This document shows positions 25,429-40,000 of a DNA stretch of 64,000 bases, piece after piece. Every line of letters starts with the position of its first letter. Position 1 is the stretch's first letter. The stretch is taken from positions 392,919 through 456,918 of the forward strand of contig JAQGDQ010000101.1 in assembly GCA_030141605.1 (NCBI GenBank), read 5' to 3'. The notes beneath the pieces were generated by a model. The model saw only the letters and a list, made by a program, of their open reading frames with translations. It was not told where the DNA came from and made no database searches. Position numbers and translations under genes: made by a program. This DNA is from Tubiluchus corallicola (Eukaryota > Animalia > Priapulida).

Positions 25429-28400
25429 CTTGAGTATTGACAAACCTAAAACACAATTTTAAATATCACATACTGTACAGATCACTGATATCATCAGTGA
25501 TTGGCACAACAGCATTCATTTAATGCACTTGTCCATGAAACTGCAATTTAAACATATCACCAAATAATGCTGTAAACAACTGTTCAAAAGAGGCTCTCTG
25601 AGCTTATATTGTTTTGGTGTTGTACTTATATTTTATGTGAAAAATGCTCACGTTTATTTTTTTATACGAAGAGGCATATATGAAGCACTCTATATATACC
25701 ATTATGCCACATATCAGGACGTACCAATTTAAAAATAGGTCAACATCTGAACTACCTTCCCCAAAATTACAGTAAATTAGTAACCCAGCAGTTCCAGAAA
25801 AACAAATGACATTTAAGCAGATGGGTTCTACGCATGACCATGTCGCCTTACTTAAGACTGGAATTGGCTCACATACTGGTAAACAAGTGATGTAGTCCAC
25901 TTTACTACGTATTTATGTCAGGCAAACAAGAACAAGCTAACCAATCACAGGATGCTAAATTATTTATAAACACAGAGTATAATTTACTGCGCACTTGGTA
26001 ATCTTATGCCATGCAGTTGGCATTGGTACAAAAAACTTGTTCTACGAATTCAAAGGAAGCGATATCTGACCCAGGGTGCGCGATTGCTTTAATCCGTAAT
26101 ACATATTCTTCCTGTGTTTACTTTAAAAGTTCAAACTATTGCTGCAGACTTTATTTTTAGTATACAATAAGGAACATTAAAATTTAATTCTAATATACAT
26201 AATCTAATGCAAGAATAGCAATATTGTCTTCATAATTTCATAAGCAGTACCAGAATGACAACACAACCTATAAGGCACTTAATTTTTCTCATAACTTGCG
26301 ATTCCATTTAGAAAGGCATAAATATGGAGATAATTCTAAATCTCGATGAAGCCACATGACGTTATTAAAATAGCAACCTCATGTGCGGTAATTAGCACAT
26401 TTTTTCTGTTTTCCAAAGATGCCGCCGGGTGGCAATCAAACACGCAGTCAATCTGGGCGACATAACTGAAATTATTGATTGGTGTGTTGTGTGCATCAGT
26501 GCATGAGTCACTCCAGTAGCGGGTTCTGCGCGAGGCGCCCCGGCCTGCTGGCACTGAGCCAACAATGGCTGCGCCTGAAAGTTTCCACTGAAAATTTCCA
26601 GACATTAATTTGCGTTTTTCGCGCCTTTAATTAAACAAGAACGCCATGATATTTTACAGTGACAATTTATGCAGCATGGAGTGAAATCACCTGGCGATTA
26701 CTTAAAAATTAAAATATTTTGAAATAGAAATTTACCCCAACCATTTTTTTTGAAATTTAAACCGTAATTAGAAAAACAGAAATCAATTTGAAGATGCTAC
26801 AAATACGATGTAGTATCAAGGCTCAAAAGAGCAGCCTAAATTCGATTGAGGTTAACTTAAGTTTTTACAGGCGATTTTCCCATATTTTGCACGAAAATAT
26901 CCCAAGTGAGAAAAAAGTAGTACCCGACCAGGCTAACACAGTAAATCAGGCTCAAGCAAACAACACGGCTGCTAGAAATGGGGTTAGCAGCTATGCGTGT
27001 GGGGAATACAGACCTAATAAATAGTTCATAACCTACATTTGGCTGTGAACTCGGGATAAACTTTCTCTCAAAGTTAACAAGCACAGTGCCAGAAAACTAC
27101 CAAAATATGTACGTCGGAAGTACAGCCAAACAAACAGTCTGCAGACAAGATTAATTACAGATAAATTGGTGAAAATTAGCAATAAAACTTTGATTTAGAT
27201 GAGATATATGAAGTCGACTTTATTCGAACAATAAAATCTGTATACAGGCGCTTTACATAAATCGAATATCAAGTTTATCCATTACTGAATAAATATTCTT
27301 AACTACAGAATCAACAAGCCTGTTTTTGGGCAAGAGGCAGAGCTCAGATAAATAGGAAATATTGTAAAGCTTTTCTTAGTAAACACAAAAAAGTTACCCA
27401 GAACTAATTACATTTTAGGAATTAAATGGTATTATACAACGTCCTTTGCATAATATACTTGACATTGTTGACCAATGACATACATTTGGAGCAAACACTT
27501 CGAGAAAACAGCCTCCACAAAGGTAATGAAAATAACAAGATAAACACATGCCTAGTATTAAAGTAAGCAGGCCTATAGTGATGTGTGTATACTTAATATT
27601 TGGTAATCTCGAGGTGTTTACTTTGAACAACAACCGGAGTATACAATCTATCGCTAAAACCAGTCAATAATCTACACAAGTTGCATATTATGCATCTGGA
27701 AATGATTCAGTGCCAAGCCTACACATACAAGATATCCGTTTCTCAGGATTTCACACTACTAGGGGCGTGGATGTGGCGTGGGCGTCATGTTACACACTCT
27801 ACTAAAGTTTTTTATGATCACGAGGAACTATTAAACGTGAATAATAATGTAAATATCTGGCAACTAATCTGAGAATTGCGCCGCCTATTTTGGCAAATTT
27901 GTTTCATACACTTACTACACTAATTTGCGTTTTCAACCAATAAAGAACCGATCCACAATTACAATATTTTACAACTTTTTCTTAGCCAAGTTTAAATGAC
28001 TAAGGGAAAAAGACAAGTGGCACTTGGGTCGTTTCGGTGCAATGTTATGAAGTGGCATTCTAGTCTACTTAGCCTAGGAGTGTGTAAGAGTGCGTTAACA
28101 CTAAAATGTGCCCAAACGGCAAACCCATTTATAAAAATTCACAGAACTTCAATAAAATTTTTAGTTTAACTATACATTCCTTCACTTACTAATTGCACAT
28201 GTACGTCAGCAATAAAATTTTATGGCTTTTTATTATACTTTCTACAAACTCCCAGTTGTAGTAATAATTTATCCCTACATTCCAATGATTCCCACTAATA
28301 ACTCGTAAGGATTTGGTTCCCAGAAAAAACGCCATCTTTCGGGTCAAACAGGTCTTCCATGGGATCACAGAATAATACAAAGCACTAGCCACACTCAAGG

Positions 28401-29162
28401 GCACAACGCAAAAATGCCATTGTCCTTTAGTAGGTTACTTCAAACCAAAACCGGTAATTTTGAAGAGAACGGATCCGCCAAATGCATTACATGCATACCT
28501 GTGCCCCTGTCATAAATCCCAAGTTGCACACCTTGTACTTACTTAGCCTTCTGTTGAGAAAAATAAGGCCAAACAAACTACTTACACTATCTGTTCAACC
28601 GTTAACGCAAACAGTGTCATTCTGCCACGTTAATGTGACATAATGGACATCAAAGTGAAAACAGAGATTTGGCATCTCTCCAATTTAACTTGAAAATGCT
28701 CAGAACTTTCAGATATAATACTGAATGGGTAGAGGAGACCAGTAATGAGCTGAGCAAGCCTGTGTATCCCTCACTCAACAATTCAAATTAAACAGCTAGT
28801 AAAGATCACCTATTCGTTATGCTAACCAGGCTTGGCAAAGCTTAACTTCAATTATAAAGCACACACCATAAACATGGCACATATCCACGGCTAAAAAGTT
28901 GAAAGTAGGCCTATACTTAACAAATTAAGCTACCGTTATTAAACAAAGAAACTTTTATTAAGACACTAAACTTTTGCCAAAGCTTGTTGTGACTCATTGA
29001 CCAGTTATGATTCACAGATTTCACTTTACATTTCCCGTGATTTCAGGGCTTGTATTCATATACTAAATGATTCAGAAACAGTTATTGCTTTTTAATATGC
29101 TTGTTAACCAGTCCCTCACCATCTAAGCATTAATTATACCAAACAGCAACAAATTATGATTA

Positions 29163-29461
29163 CAGGTCGTCGTCCCCTTACGACTACAATAGGTTCAGGT
29201 AAATTGATCATTAAGATCTTGCACAATTTGGATGCAGGATCAGTATGTTCCAGTGGTCCCCCTACAGGTAAGATGTTGTATATGTATGCACATTAAGTAT
29301 GGCAGCACCTACAGATGAAATTGTCGCAACAGCAATTCAAAATTAGTTTGGTTAAACAAGGAAATGAGTTATAATTAGTTTTGTATAATTAATTAGCTTG
29401 TGGTTGGGTTGCAAAAGTGAAAAGTCGTAAGTTGCATAGGTCGTAAGTCGATGACTGCATG
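29163..29461. mobile_element. pogo/Tigger-like MITE
   Basis: TA|CAGGTCGTCGTCCCCTTACGAC ... GTCGTAAGTCGATGACTGCATG|TA, with a TA TSD and repeated GTCGTAAG motifs. Confidence 0.6.
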
Positions 29462-30221
29462 TATGAAATACAGTACATTATGGTTTACATCAAATGATAC
29501 AAAATAAAGTTTGCTAAGTGAATCACAATTGTGAATGTTTAAAATATGCAAGATTTTCAACATCTCTGTGTTACTTTGAATAAAATTTATCCATGTGTAC
29601 AGCAGGATCTCTTTTTTGGTAACGCATGCACACAAAGTGAATTCACAGCACGGACAATCTAGATAGAAGTATATATGTTCCATTAATAAACTCACTCACA
29701 GTACAGACATACTCCAGAGTGGAGCATAAACTTATTACTAAAAATCGGCCTTCTATTACTAAAAATCAGTCTTGAACATATATAACCCGTATAGCCACTG
29801 GATATCACAAACACACTGAAAAATGCAAAGAAAAATCAAATATTCAACAATCGCTTATTTAATTACACTTTGCATTTTCTTTGCTAATTTACTATACTAT
29901 TTAGCATATTGAATTTACTCACGTTGCCAAGTAGCACTAAATCATTCACTGCACCTTTCATGAAAAAGGTTTACAAGGCCCGAAATACAGCTTTCAGAAA
30001 ACGATCAAATTCTTTAGCATTTATATACTAGTATAGGAATTTAAAAACAAATCAACAAATTTGATAACAAACAAATTCAATTTCGATTATCATAAAAGTT
30101 CAACCGCCAAGCAGACAAGTACCGGAACCGGCATTTTTCGTTCCACGTGGTCACAAACACTCCCACCTTGCTAAGGCGCGCAAACATATGACAAAGAAAT
30201 TCACTACAAAAACAATGCTCA

Positions 30222-30620
30222 CCCGATATAGCTCAACAAACTTGTATTTCAAAAGACGTCAATTTTCTTCTTATGGTCCGAAAAATTTTCAAAATGATAG
30301 AAATTAACTCGTAAACTAAATTTAAAAACAAAATAGTATGCGCTAGAACACTCACTAGAGATGAACCGGCAAATGACTGGATGACTGCACATGCACTCTC
30401 TATTCAAGTTATCTCAACTGATTCGCATAGCTGTTAGCTACAAATTTTCCATCAATGGAAATTTCCACTACTTGGGATCACACATGCGAATTGCAGTTTT
30501 GTGATTGGTCGAAATTGTTGACACAAGCGTAAAAGCGCGCGCTTTTTCACATGCGTGCGCATAACCGAGGCGACGCAATGATGTGCTGCCATCGCGTAGG
30601 TGAAAAATTAGTAAATAAAC
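30222..30620 (-). promoter_or_regulatory. Probable promoter and non-coding first exon of the SLC6 gene
   Basis: Minus-strand donor G|GTGAGC at ~30221. CpG-rich patch with GATTGG (CCAAT) at ~30503, GCGCGCGC, TGCGTGCGCA and the palindrome GGAAATTTCC at ~30457. Confidence 0.5.
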
Positions 30621-33600
30621 GAAAATTCCAAACACATGGATGAGCTAAATAATTTTCACACGCGCGATGCTTAATAATTTTTTGAATGACGAAAAATATC
30701 GCATTTTATTGACTGACCTAAAATAACTATTGCATAAAGTCTTTCGGGTTACGGTCTGTCATTGGGACTCATTGCTGAGAGGACTTGCTAAAAGAAAACC
30801 GAGTTATAATTTATAACCCTTTACACCTGCAAAGGTTACAGAGGATAATACGTCTTTCTCTGAAGGACGGTCAGTGAATCACTGGTTACATTATTGCATT
30901 AGTACAACACAACTTTAGCGGACGACAAAGAATAATGACACACTTGAAAATCTCAAGAGCACGTCATAATAGCATTCTGACCTACCACAGTACATAGTAT
31001 GTATACATATATGTTGCAACATAAGAAGCGTGCGTTGCATATCTATCCGTACATAGGCCTAAACGAAAGTGATATTAAATAAATAAATTCATTTTAAAAA
31101 TTCGCCAATGAAGTTTGAGCATACCAATATGAAAAGACATTTTTATTGCAGAGCTACTAGTTTGCACGGCGCCGCCAAAGGTTAAAAAATTGGACGCACA
31201 AGCAACTAGGGGGCCTGAGGGAACGCTGTAAGCTCTACCAACGCATTTTCCTGTAGTTAAGGACATTTTGGAGGCTCAAATGAGATCTAAATTCTGGTAC
31301 ATAGACTTCCTCAAACGTGAAAAATTCTGCTTTAATAAATATATTTGCCCAGGGGCCCTTGAGCCAAGAGGGGCCCTTTGCGATTGGGTATATATATATA
31401 TTTTCCTCATGACTCAATTTAAACGCGAGCCACGGCGGCTGGCACTTCTCCGACAGCCCCTGAACACAGCACTCTGTGCTCCTGCAAACTTCACCTACTA
31501 ACCCAATCAGAATAAAATAAAAGTTGTTTACAATAAATGAGGTCTCATGATTGTTTGTTGTATATGTCATTTTGATGATTTCACAGGTAATGCTTGGCAG
31601 CAGATGACTATACACTGTTGATTGGCTAAAAATAAATCGGGGCGGGACCGATAAAACATTACCGATCCAAGGATCAGTTGTTCAGCGTAAGAATAACACA
31701 GTGTATGTGTGTAACCGATCCGTGATCAGATACATTGCATGTTCGAGGAGAGCAGGGAAAATAATAATAGATCACACAATCAGGCAATACACCATGTACA
31801 CCACCAAAAACATAAATGTCACACACATACCGTAGGGGTTCTGTATAACAGGTCACAGTGGGAGTTTGTTGAGTGCAGTGATTGTAGACTTTTTTCTGTA
31901 CTTTTTTCAGCGGAAATCCCGCTGATATTTGTAATTTTGTACACGATGCTCTAGCCATTTTTGGTCTCTAATTGTTACTACACCATACATTGAGTGATCT
32001 ATGGACTATGATCAGCCTAAATTTCTTAAATGTTGCAACTATCTCGAAACGATTCTTATGACTTTTTGTATATATCTTTGACCATGGTCAATAAATAAAT
32101 AATATAATAATAGAGGGGACAAATCTCTTGCTGAATCAAACAGAGTCCCGTATGTGCATCCTGATGGCCGCAGCGTGAAGTGTGGGTTGAGTGGGTGATC
32201 TGAGTCATTTGTTATTGTCTGTGACAGTGCAACGTGTGTTATAACTCTGTGAGGTTGCTAGAAGCTATTTCCTCAGGCAAGGTCACCTCAAACTCAAAAA
32301 TGACTCATAATTTCACTACTACCTTGAAAAGGGGGGCAGGCCCCTTGGGGCCACCTCCTAAATGCAGAAGTGCAGTTACAGTTAGCTAAAAACTGTCTAG
32401 ACAACGGAAATCGATAAGAGAATCGACTCTTTGTAAGTGATATACATAAACATAACTTCACTATGGAAATCAGCTTACTGCTCGGGGATTGCGCAAACAA
32501 ACAAGGGATTGGTGTGTTTCTTGGTTTACTACTAAAACCTTTATTTAGCCATAAAAAATTCTCAAGAAATTCTGTAAACACACGTGCGTCGGCTCGTCCG
32601 CCTGCCGGCGCCCATGACTATTGGTGTTGCACCACAGCTATTTTATTAATAATCGACTCATTGTAGCTACTTGTTTGATGAACGTCCTTTTCAAAATTTC
32701 AATTACAAATCACAACCAGCTTCCTGGCATTTGGTATTTTCCAAATATGACTTATATAGACAATACGCACAGTTCAGCAATAATTATTGTAACTAAAAAT
32801 TAAATTATTTCAGGCACCTTTTCTGTTTCCTTTCAACATGTCAAGTTTTGCCTTTGTAGAAAAAAATACACTATTTTCTCTGCATTGTTCGTTTACTATA
32901 TTATAAATATTAGTAACTCAATGAGAAAGACTTTACGTGTAATGTAAAATGTGTAGTTTGGAATGACTGCTTATTATAATGAATTGTATGATTGTTTACA
33001 CTGACTTAACTGTGAGATAAATAAAAAAAAAACAACCCTTGGGCAGTTGCTTTTTATACTATACATGTAACTATTGTGTGACATTCAGCTCAGCTTTCTT
33101 AAAGGTTTACAAGTTATCCGCCAAAATATTCGTGCTTTCTCAATTAAACGATCTATGACCGCACTGAATTTCGATTAAGTTTAATTGACAATGCTGAAGT
33201 TAGCTTAACTCTAGGCGATCTAACACATGCAGTAAGAACAAAACCATGAAATCAGTCATAAACTTTCATTCTAAGACATTGTTATTACAATGCAATGAAA
33301 AAATTTAAATTAGTCGCACAATAGCTTTTTAGGTGCAGCGGCACAAACACTGCATACTCGATCAGTACAATTGTGACTGTCACGTCCTGTAAATAATATG
33401 TGCGTTTGACTACGCCCCCACATGCCACACCTGCTACCTGAAACACAGTGACAAAATTAACATCTAAGCTGTCATGCATGTAGCGAAGTAGTAAATCATT
33501 ACTATTTGATATTAGTAATAATTATGTTGTAACTTTGATGAGTGTTAAAATGTGGAACAATGTAGTTTTACTAATAGAGGAAATATTACTACTAATAGTA

Positions 33601-35163
33601 GTTTTAGTAATAAAGAGAGGAAAATTGAACTTTTTTATATTAAAATTTGAAGAAGAAATACTGAAATAACTGAACAGCAGTTTCGAATGCAGATAAATAC
33701 TAAACACCCTGGTTTATTTTGCAAAATTTGTTCTCTGTTTTGTCGTACATTTTCAACCAGATGTGCATGCTAAATCCCAATAAAAATTCTTTTGCTTATG
33801 CTAGTCAGCGAGGCCAGGCATACACCAGAAATACCAAAATCCTTAGAATTGGATTTGAAACTGTGATACGATCCGAATCATTCTGATGCCAGATGCCCTG
33901 CATGCGGCTCCACCTATCGTGAATTTCAGAACACATATCTTAGTAGGAATATTTCTGTACAAGATTTGTCCATAGAATAATTCAAAGACTTGTCTCCTTG
34001 ATAATTTTCATTTTCCATAATAAATTATTTTCGTTTGAGGTAATTGTAGCCAATGCCTGCAAAACGATGCAACCATTTTTTGCATTTAACTGTTAATCAC
34101 TTTAGCATGTAAGATTTTAAAGAGGTATTTTGATCAACATTAGAAAGTAAACTGCATCATAATAAAAAACCACCGTAACTTACGATTTTCGACAGGGTAA
34201 ATATCCGAGTTGTTACTGTGTGTGCTTACTGGTCAAAATTAAGCAATTACCTGGCCTGGCTGCGCTCTAAGATGAGCAACTGAACTGGTCAAGGTGATCC
34301 ATATTGTCAATTACATGTATAAACTGTACGAAGCTGCAGTCTTTAGTTTGGTAACAGCATGTGTTTTGGTATTCGTTTGTAGGATAAAAACATACTACAT
34401 TATTATAAACGTACACAATTAACCTTGCTACTTTCAAACAGGATATTCAAAATAGTTCAGAGTTATTTTTATTCTATTATAAAAATATACAAATTTACAC
34501 AATTTTGCAAGAAGTCTGAACTGAAGCAAAATCAGAAGTAATAAATTGAGCTGTAAAATTACTATACTAATACAAAATCTGACAACAAGAATAAATAATT
34601 TAGTAACAATAACGATTTTTTACATTTATTAGCAAAATAAATAACCATAAATTGATTACTGTAACAATAAATAGAAGAAAATAAATATAGGATCCTAATG
34701 AACAAGAAGTTGTAATTATAATCAATTATCTGAAATTATACTAATGCAAACCAGAAAAAATGTTAAAGTACGTGCTAGATGGCTTCGGTCTTAGAAATTT
34801 TTTAAAAAACTTCTACAATACAATACAATGCAGCACAAGAAAGGAGGAGCTGTTTTTAATTCAAGGACAAGACCATTTATTTTTGACAAGTAATAAGAGC
34901 AAATACATTATGGGAAATGTGACAGCAGTGCAATCTTGGTCATAATTTGATGATGCCAGGTCACAAACTATTCGTCGCAGCAAAAATGGCTGATCTGTCA
35001 TTCATTTTCGATGTACTGCATGAATTTTTTTATACAAATCACTTCAAAAGATCTTAAACATTTGTTTCCCAACTGCACATCTGCACAAGTACTGATAACT
35101 TACGAACATGTTCCCAGATGATATTTATACGATTATACAATGTTCTACACTGAACAACATACA

Positions 35164-35305
35164 CTTATTTGAACGAGGCTATTATTATTAATTTACTTAC
35201 TTGAATGAGGCTGATATTATCAATATATTTACTTGAACGAGGCTGATATTATCATTATTCTAAATTGAACAACATTCACTCACTTGAACGAGGCTGATAT
35301 TATTG
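35164..35305. repeat. Four clustered copies of TTGAA(C/T)GAGGCT(G)ATATTAT
   Basis: Copies at ~35169, 35201, 35233 and 35284; spacing 32, 32 and 51 bp. Confidence 0.7.
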
Positions 35306-35860
35306 CAAGGCTAAAACTTTGCTTCTTCACAACGCCAATAATAACTTGAAAACATAGATGAAAACTATGTAAAAACATAGGTAATGATTTACAATTCTGA
35401 CTTGTTAAATAATCTCATTGAAACAAAGCATTATATTTATTTACTTAACATTGCTGGCCAGTCAGGTAACAAAAAAATACTTTCTACAACTCGTTGAACA
35501 ATTAATTGACAATGTATTAAATAAGACACACAAATTGACAATACAAAATATGTCAGCAGTACAAAAGCTATAATCTCAAGTTAGACAAACCAGAACACAT
35601 AGAGATAGCCAAATGAGAATTAATCTGTAATATAACTAACAGCACGAATAAATTGATCACTTTTACCCAAAGGTAATTAATTAATTACTCAAACACAATA
35701 AATTGGTTGAATCGCCATATCTGGTAATATTTATATAATTTTTATGTGAAGAAATTTTATCATTTACAGTGAATTAATAACAAAAATTAATTGGGACTTG
35801 CACAAACAAATATTTCGTTGTCCCACCAACAAAAATTATAAATATACGATATTAATTGTA

Positions 35861-36341
35861 CACTAGTACCTCTGTTTTCGACCATAATTCATTCCTAAAG
35901 TGTTTGAAAACCGATTTGGTTGAGTACCGAATCACTTATTCTCATAAGAAATAATGTAAAAGCAAATAATCCACTCAAGCACCAAATGAACTGCAAAAAT
36001 GTTTATTCAAACAGTAGATATGGTATAATTGATACGAAAAAACATAATGTAATTACTTTGAAAGAATAACATAATTGTTCCTGCATGGAAAAAGCGGAGA
36101 AAAATAAGTATAGAAAGCACTTAGCGATATTAGGCGATTCAAATCTTGTGCGTGACTACTCTCGGGCGCGGTCAGTTACACTCGGCTCTACTTAGCTCGC
36201 CGCGCATGTGTTCATCACGTGTTTGGCTGTTGGTTGAGTGCCGAAATTCTGGTCGAGAGCGGAGACAATTTCAGCTCAAATTTTTTGGTCGAAAACCGAT
36301 TTGTACGAGTACGGAGACGTTCGACAATGGAGGTATGACTG
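35861..36341. mobile_element. pogo/Tigger-like MITE
   Basis: TA|CACTAGTACCTC ... GAGGTATGACTG|TA, with an internal GAAAACCGATTTG motif near both ends. Confidence 0.65.
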
Positions 36342-36448
36342 TATTCACATTCATACATTTTAAAAAGTCACTAATCTAACAACTGACTCAAGTTACATTA
36401 CAACCAGTAGTACGTACCATGTATTACAAAATTAAGCAATATAATAGA

Positions 36449-37006
36449 TAGAGGGAGGATATTTAGTTAGTCAAATAAAAAACAGTTTTTTAAGTTTGAA
36501 GTTTTTACTGTTTTGAAGTTTTGCAAGCTTTCGTTTTCATAGCATTACAAGTCGCAACTGGTCTTTTTCTGCCACTAAACCATTCTATGTTAAGCAAAGA
36601 TTCTAAGAAAATTCACTCTTTTAACTATGATATATATCTATTCCTACTTGTAACCTAGTATTTTCTCTTTCTACGTAGGTCCTTTTCTGCGTTTAAAAGA
36701 GGAATTTAACAGAAGAAAGTATCGGGAACATTTTGGGGACTCACTGTTTTTACAATCTCATGGATGATAATTCTAATGGAGATTGATGAATAATTGAAGA
36801 ATGATGGTAAGTTTTTATTAACTGGTAGTGATAATGCGCAGAGAACAATGATAAAAATGTAACAATTTTCTACAATATTTATAATTTAGTACTGTTTTTT
36901 TAAGTTTTTAAGATAAATCATGACATCACAAATATTATTTTGGAAAATCTGAGTAGCTAAAAACAAATATTTTGCCAATTTTTGGCATCTAAAAATCCTC
37001 CCTCTA
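36449..37006. mobile_element. Unclassified TIR element
   Basis: Inverted termini TAGAGGGAGGATATTTAG / CTAAAAATCCTCCCTCTA. Confidence 0.55.
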
Positions 37007-37099
37007 TAATAAGGTATGCTTAGAGGGCACTCTATGCAATTTTTCACTCTTACTTAACATTTTCTACACAGAAATTAGCGTTTACATTTTTGAGACAGT

Positions 37100-40000
37100 T
37101 TAGATTGTTCGTCTCATTTCTTCAGTATCTGATGATTCCTGCAAAATGAAAGAACAAAATTGGCATTTTGTTGAAAAGGGGAATAGCTGAGTGGACGTGA
37201 TATGCACAGTGTAAGTGATACTGAGCCTAGTAAGTGAAAGGCTGATCAGTATGAAACTGCTTCAGGGTAGCTTCAGCTTTAATACAACTCCTGTCTATCT
37301 CACTGATTGAAGTAACACTATTGATTCTATCTCACACAATTATCTCTGATATAATAAGCTAAGACCCATATTATCTACATGCCATTTAGATTAAGTACAC
37401 CTTGCCATTTAGCATTGGATCCCATCTTATGATGTGATAAACTATACATAAACTTGCTTGTCAAAGGTATAGTGTGGTACATAAACACCTAACATTTTTT
37501 CAGTTAATTGCAGACAATCTAATGAACCAGGCTGGTTTCACTTTTGTGTTTAGTTATAAAGCAGTATCAATGATAATTCCAGGCTGAGTATTTGAAAATC
37601 ATGTTCTCTTAAAGAGATTTTTTAGCATTCAGGCTTTGTCCCTTTCTTCTCACTTAAGACCTTTGATTGTTATTTACAAACATGGCCATTTAAATAAAAC
37701 CAGCATTATTGTAAGAACAATGTCTTATGTGTTAGTAGTAACAATCTTTATAACATTACATTAAGGATTTTCTGCAGTTTTAATGAAACTTATGAAATTT
37801 TTCATTCACTTACTTGTTTGACTGGTGACATTTTATCACCAACAATGCTGCCGCTCTCACACAGTTCGTGAATGCAGACCCCACACCAAGCAACACCTGC
37901 GCCAGCTCTAGACGTACTGATATTCGCTACTGGTTCCCAACTAAAATAAGGTAATTACGTTGAAACTAAAACAGAAAGTTAAGCCTACATTACAAAGCTA
38001 AAATGCAACCCATCACAGGCAGTAGTAAAATTGATTCTATAATGTGTGTAGTTAACTCCTTTTTTAACAGTATTTGGGTAGTCAGGATATATCTCTTCAA
38101 GAAGCACTAGCTAAGATTAGCAAAAACGGATTCTCGTTGTTGATAAAATCATTGTCGAACCTGATCCTAGCAACGACTGCATGATAAAAGTTAAAATACA
38201 ACAGCTATTCCAGAAAAGACTCGCAGATGCAGCACCCATTTATCATTATGTAGTCACACCCCTTAATTCATCTATTTAAGGTTTCACGGCTTCCAAAGGG
38301 CAAAAGACAAGAATGAAATCACGTTCTATTATTTATCCTTGTCTTTTTCCCTTTAATTTTGTTTTTAAACCATTTCAAATTAATTAGATGCCATGTTTCA
38401 AATGACTGATAGCATGTTGTTGAAATACTTCGCACTTTAGTTAAGTCAGAAACATTTCCTTGCAAATATTAGTATCACTACTTGTATACGTAAAACATAA
38501 TTCTATGATTAGTGATGATATATGAACACATGCAAAATGCCGTACCACCCAGTATCAGGATTGTAACATTCAACCCCATCCAAGTATTTTACCCCATCAT
38601 GGCCACCAACTGCATAAATTTTTCCAGCAAGCGTAGCGACGCCGACACCCCCGCGAGCGCAAGACATGGGTGTCATTTCTGTCCAAGAATTTGTATCTGG
38701 ATCGTAACACTCTACCGAAGCGAGGGGTGCATTATCGTCAAACCCACCTGGAAAGAAGAAAGAAACGATATGATCTAGAGAACAAAAAAAGTTGGCTGGA
38801 AGCAGTAGTACAGTCACTCGTACATGTTTATTTTTGTACATGAAAATGTGACACAAACAAGGAAATTACTGACTTTAATTAAGGTTAAAAACTAAATGAT
38901 AACTCTAACAGCTTGTGAATGAGCAATTTGAAGCAGGTAATTATACAGGGAATCATACATCTATTTACCAACCAGAATCGCACTGCTTAACTTTGATTAA
39001 TGAATATTGTAAATATTCAACTATTCCTCTAACTTTTTATGCTCAGTGCTCATGAACGTCACAAAATTTTTATCTCCATTTCCTGCGGTATAGTTGCACA
39101 AGAAGACACCACTTTAATAAAATGGAATGACAGACAAAAACATTAAAAAATACAAATGAGATCTGACAGATGGTATTAAAAATGAACAGCACAATATATC
39201 GACTTACCTAGCACATATAAATTCCTATTTAGGACTGTTACTCCCGCTCCAGCTCTCCTCGTTCTCATTGGTGCAATCATCGTCCACTTATTCAGATGTG
39301 GATCATAGCATTCGCAAGAATTTAGCGAAGAGGTACCATCATTTCCTCCGCAAGCATAAAGTAAACCCTGTGAAATATCAATCAAAGTTAAGAGATATAT
39401 AATAAAAAATTCTAAAACTGAATTCACTTTTAACAAATTTAAAAACACGCTGCAAAGCTGATGAAGTATGCATATCAATATAATTTATATAATTCAAATA
39501 AATAGTCTACACAGTTTATTGATTGTTAGCATGACAACATATTGCAGAAAGTACAACCCATATAATTATAATTAATCTGTAATTAACGTTATAATAGACA
39601 TGAGATGGTTAGTGGAGTAATCAAGGTGTGCCAGAGACTAAAGTTCAGTAATTTCGAGGTTAGGCAGGAATGATTGTCAGGTTCAATCCTCACTCTGGGA
39701 AGTTTCACTCACTGTACTGATTCACCCTTGTTTACTTTGTTCAAGGATGATTCTGCCAATTCATTGTTTTGTGACAATAATTCAAATTCTCTGCCGGACC
39801 TACAATCTGCATAAAATAGGCCTTGTCACTGAGTGGAAGTTTCCGCTTTGTGGAATGCCAAACGTACAAAAAGTATGTATACTGTAAACCCAAGCGAAAA
39901 AAGCTAATAAGTAGGGAGGCTCAAAGAACAAGAAACCATACTACAATATTTATAACATAGTAACATATTTATTTAAAAAAACAGATAGAACTGCATATAT

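Noticed and set aside
33798-33980. Selenoprotein (in-frame TGA followed by CPAC)
   Set aside because: No recognisable selenoprotein family or SECIS element.
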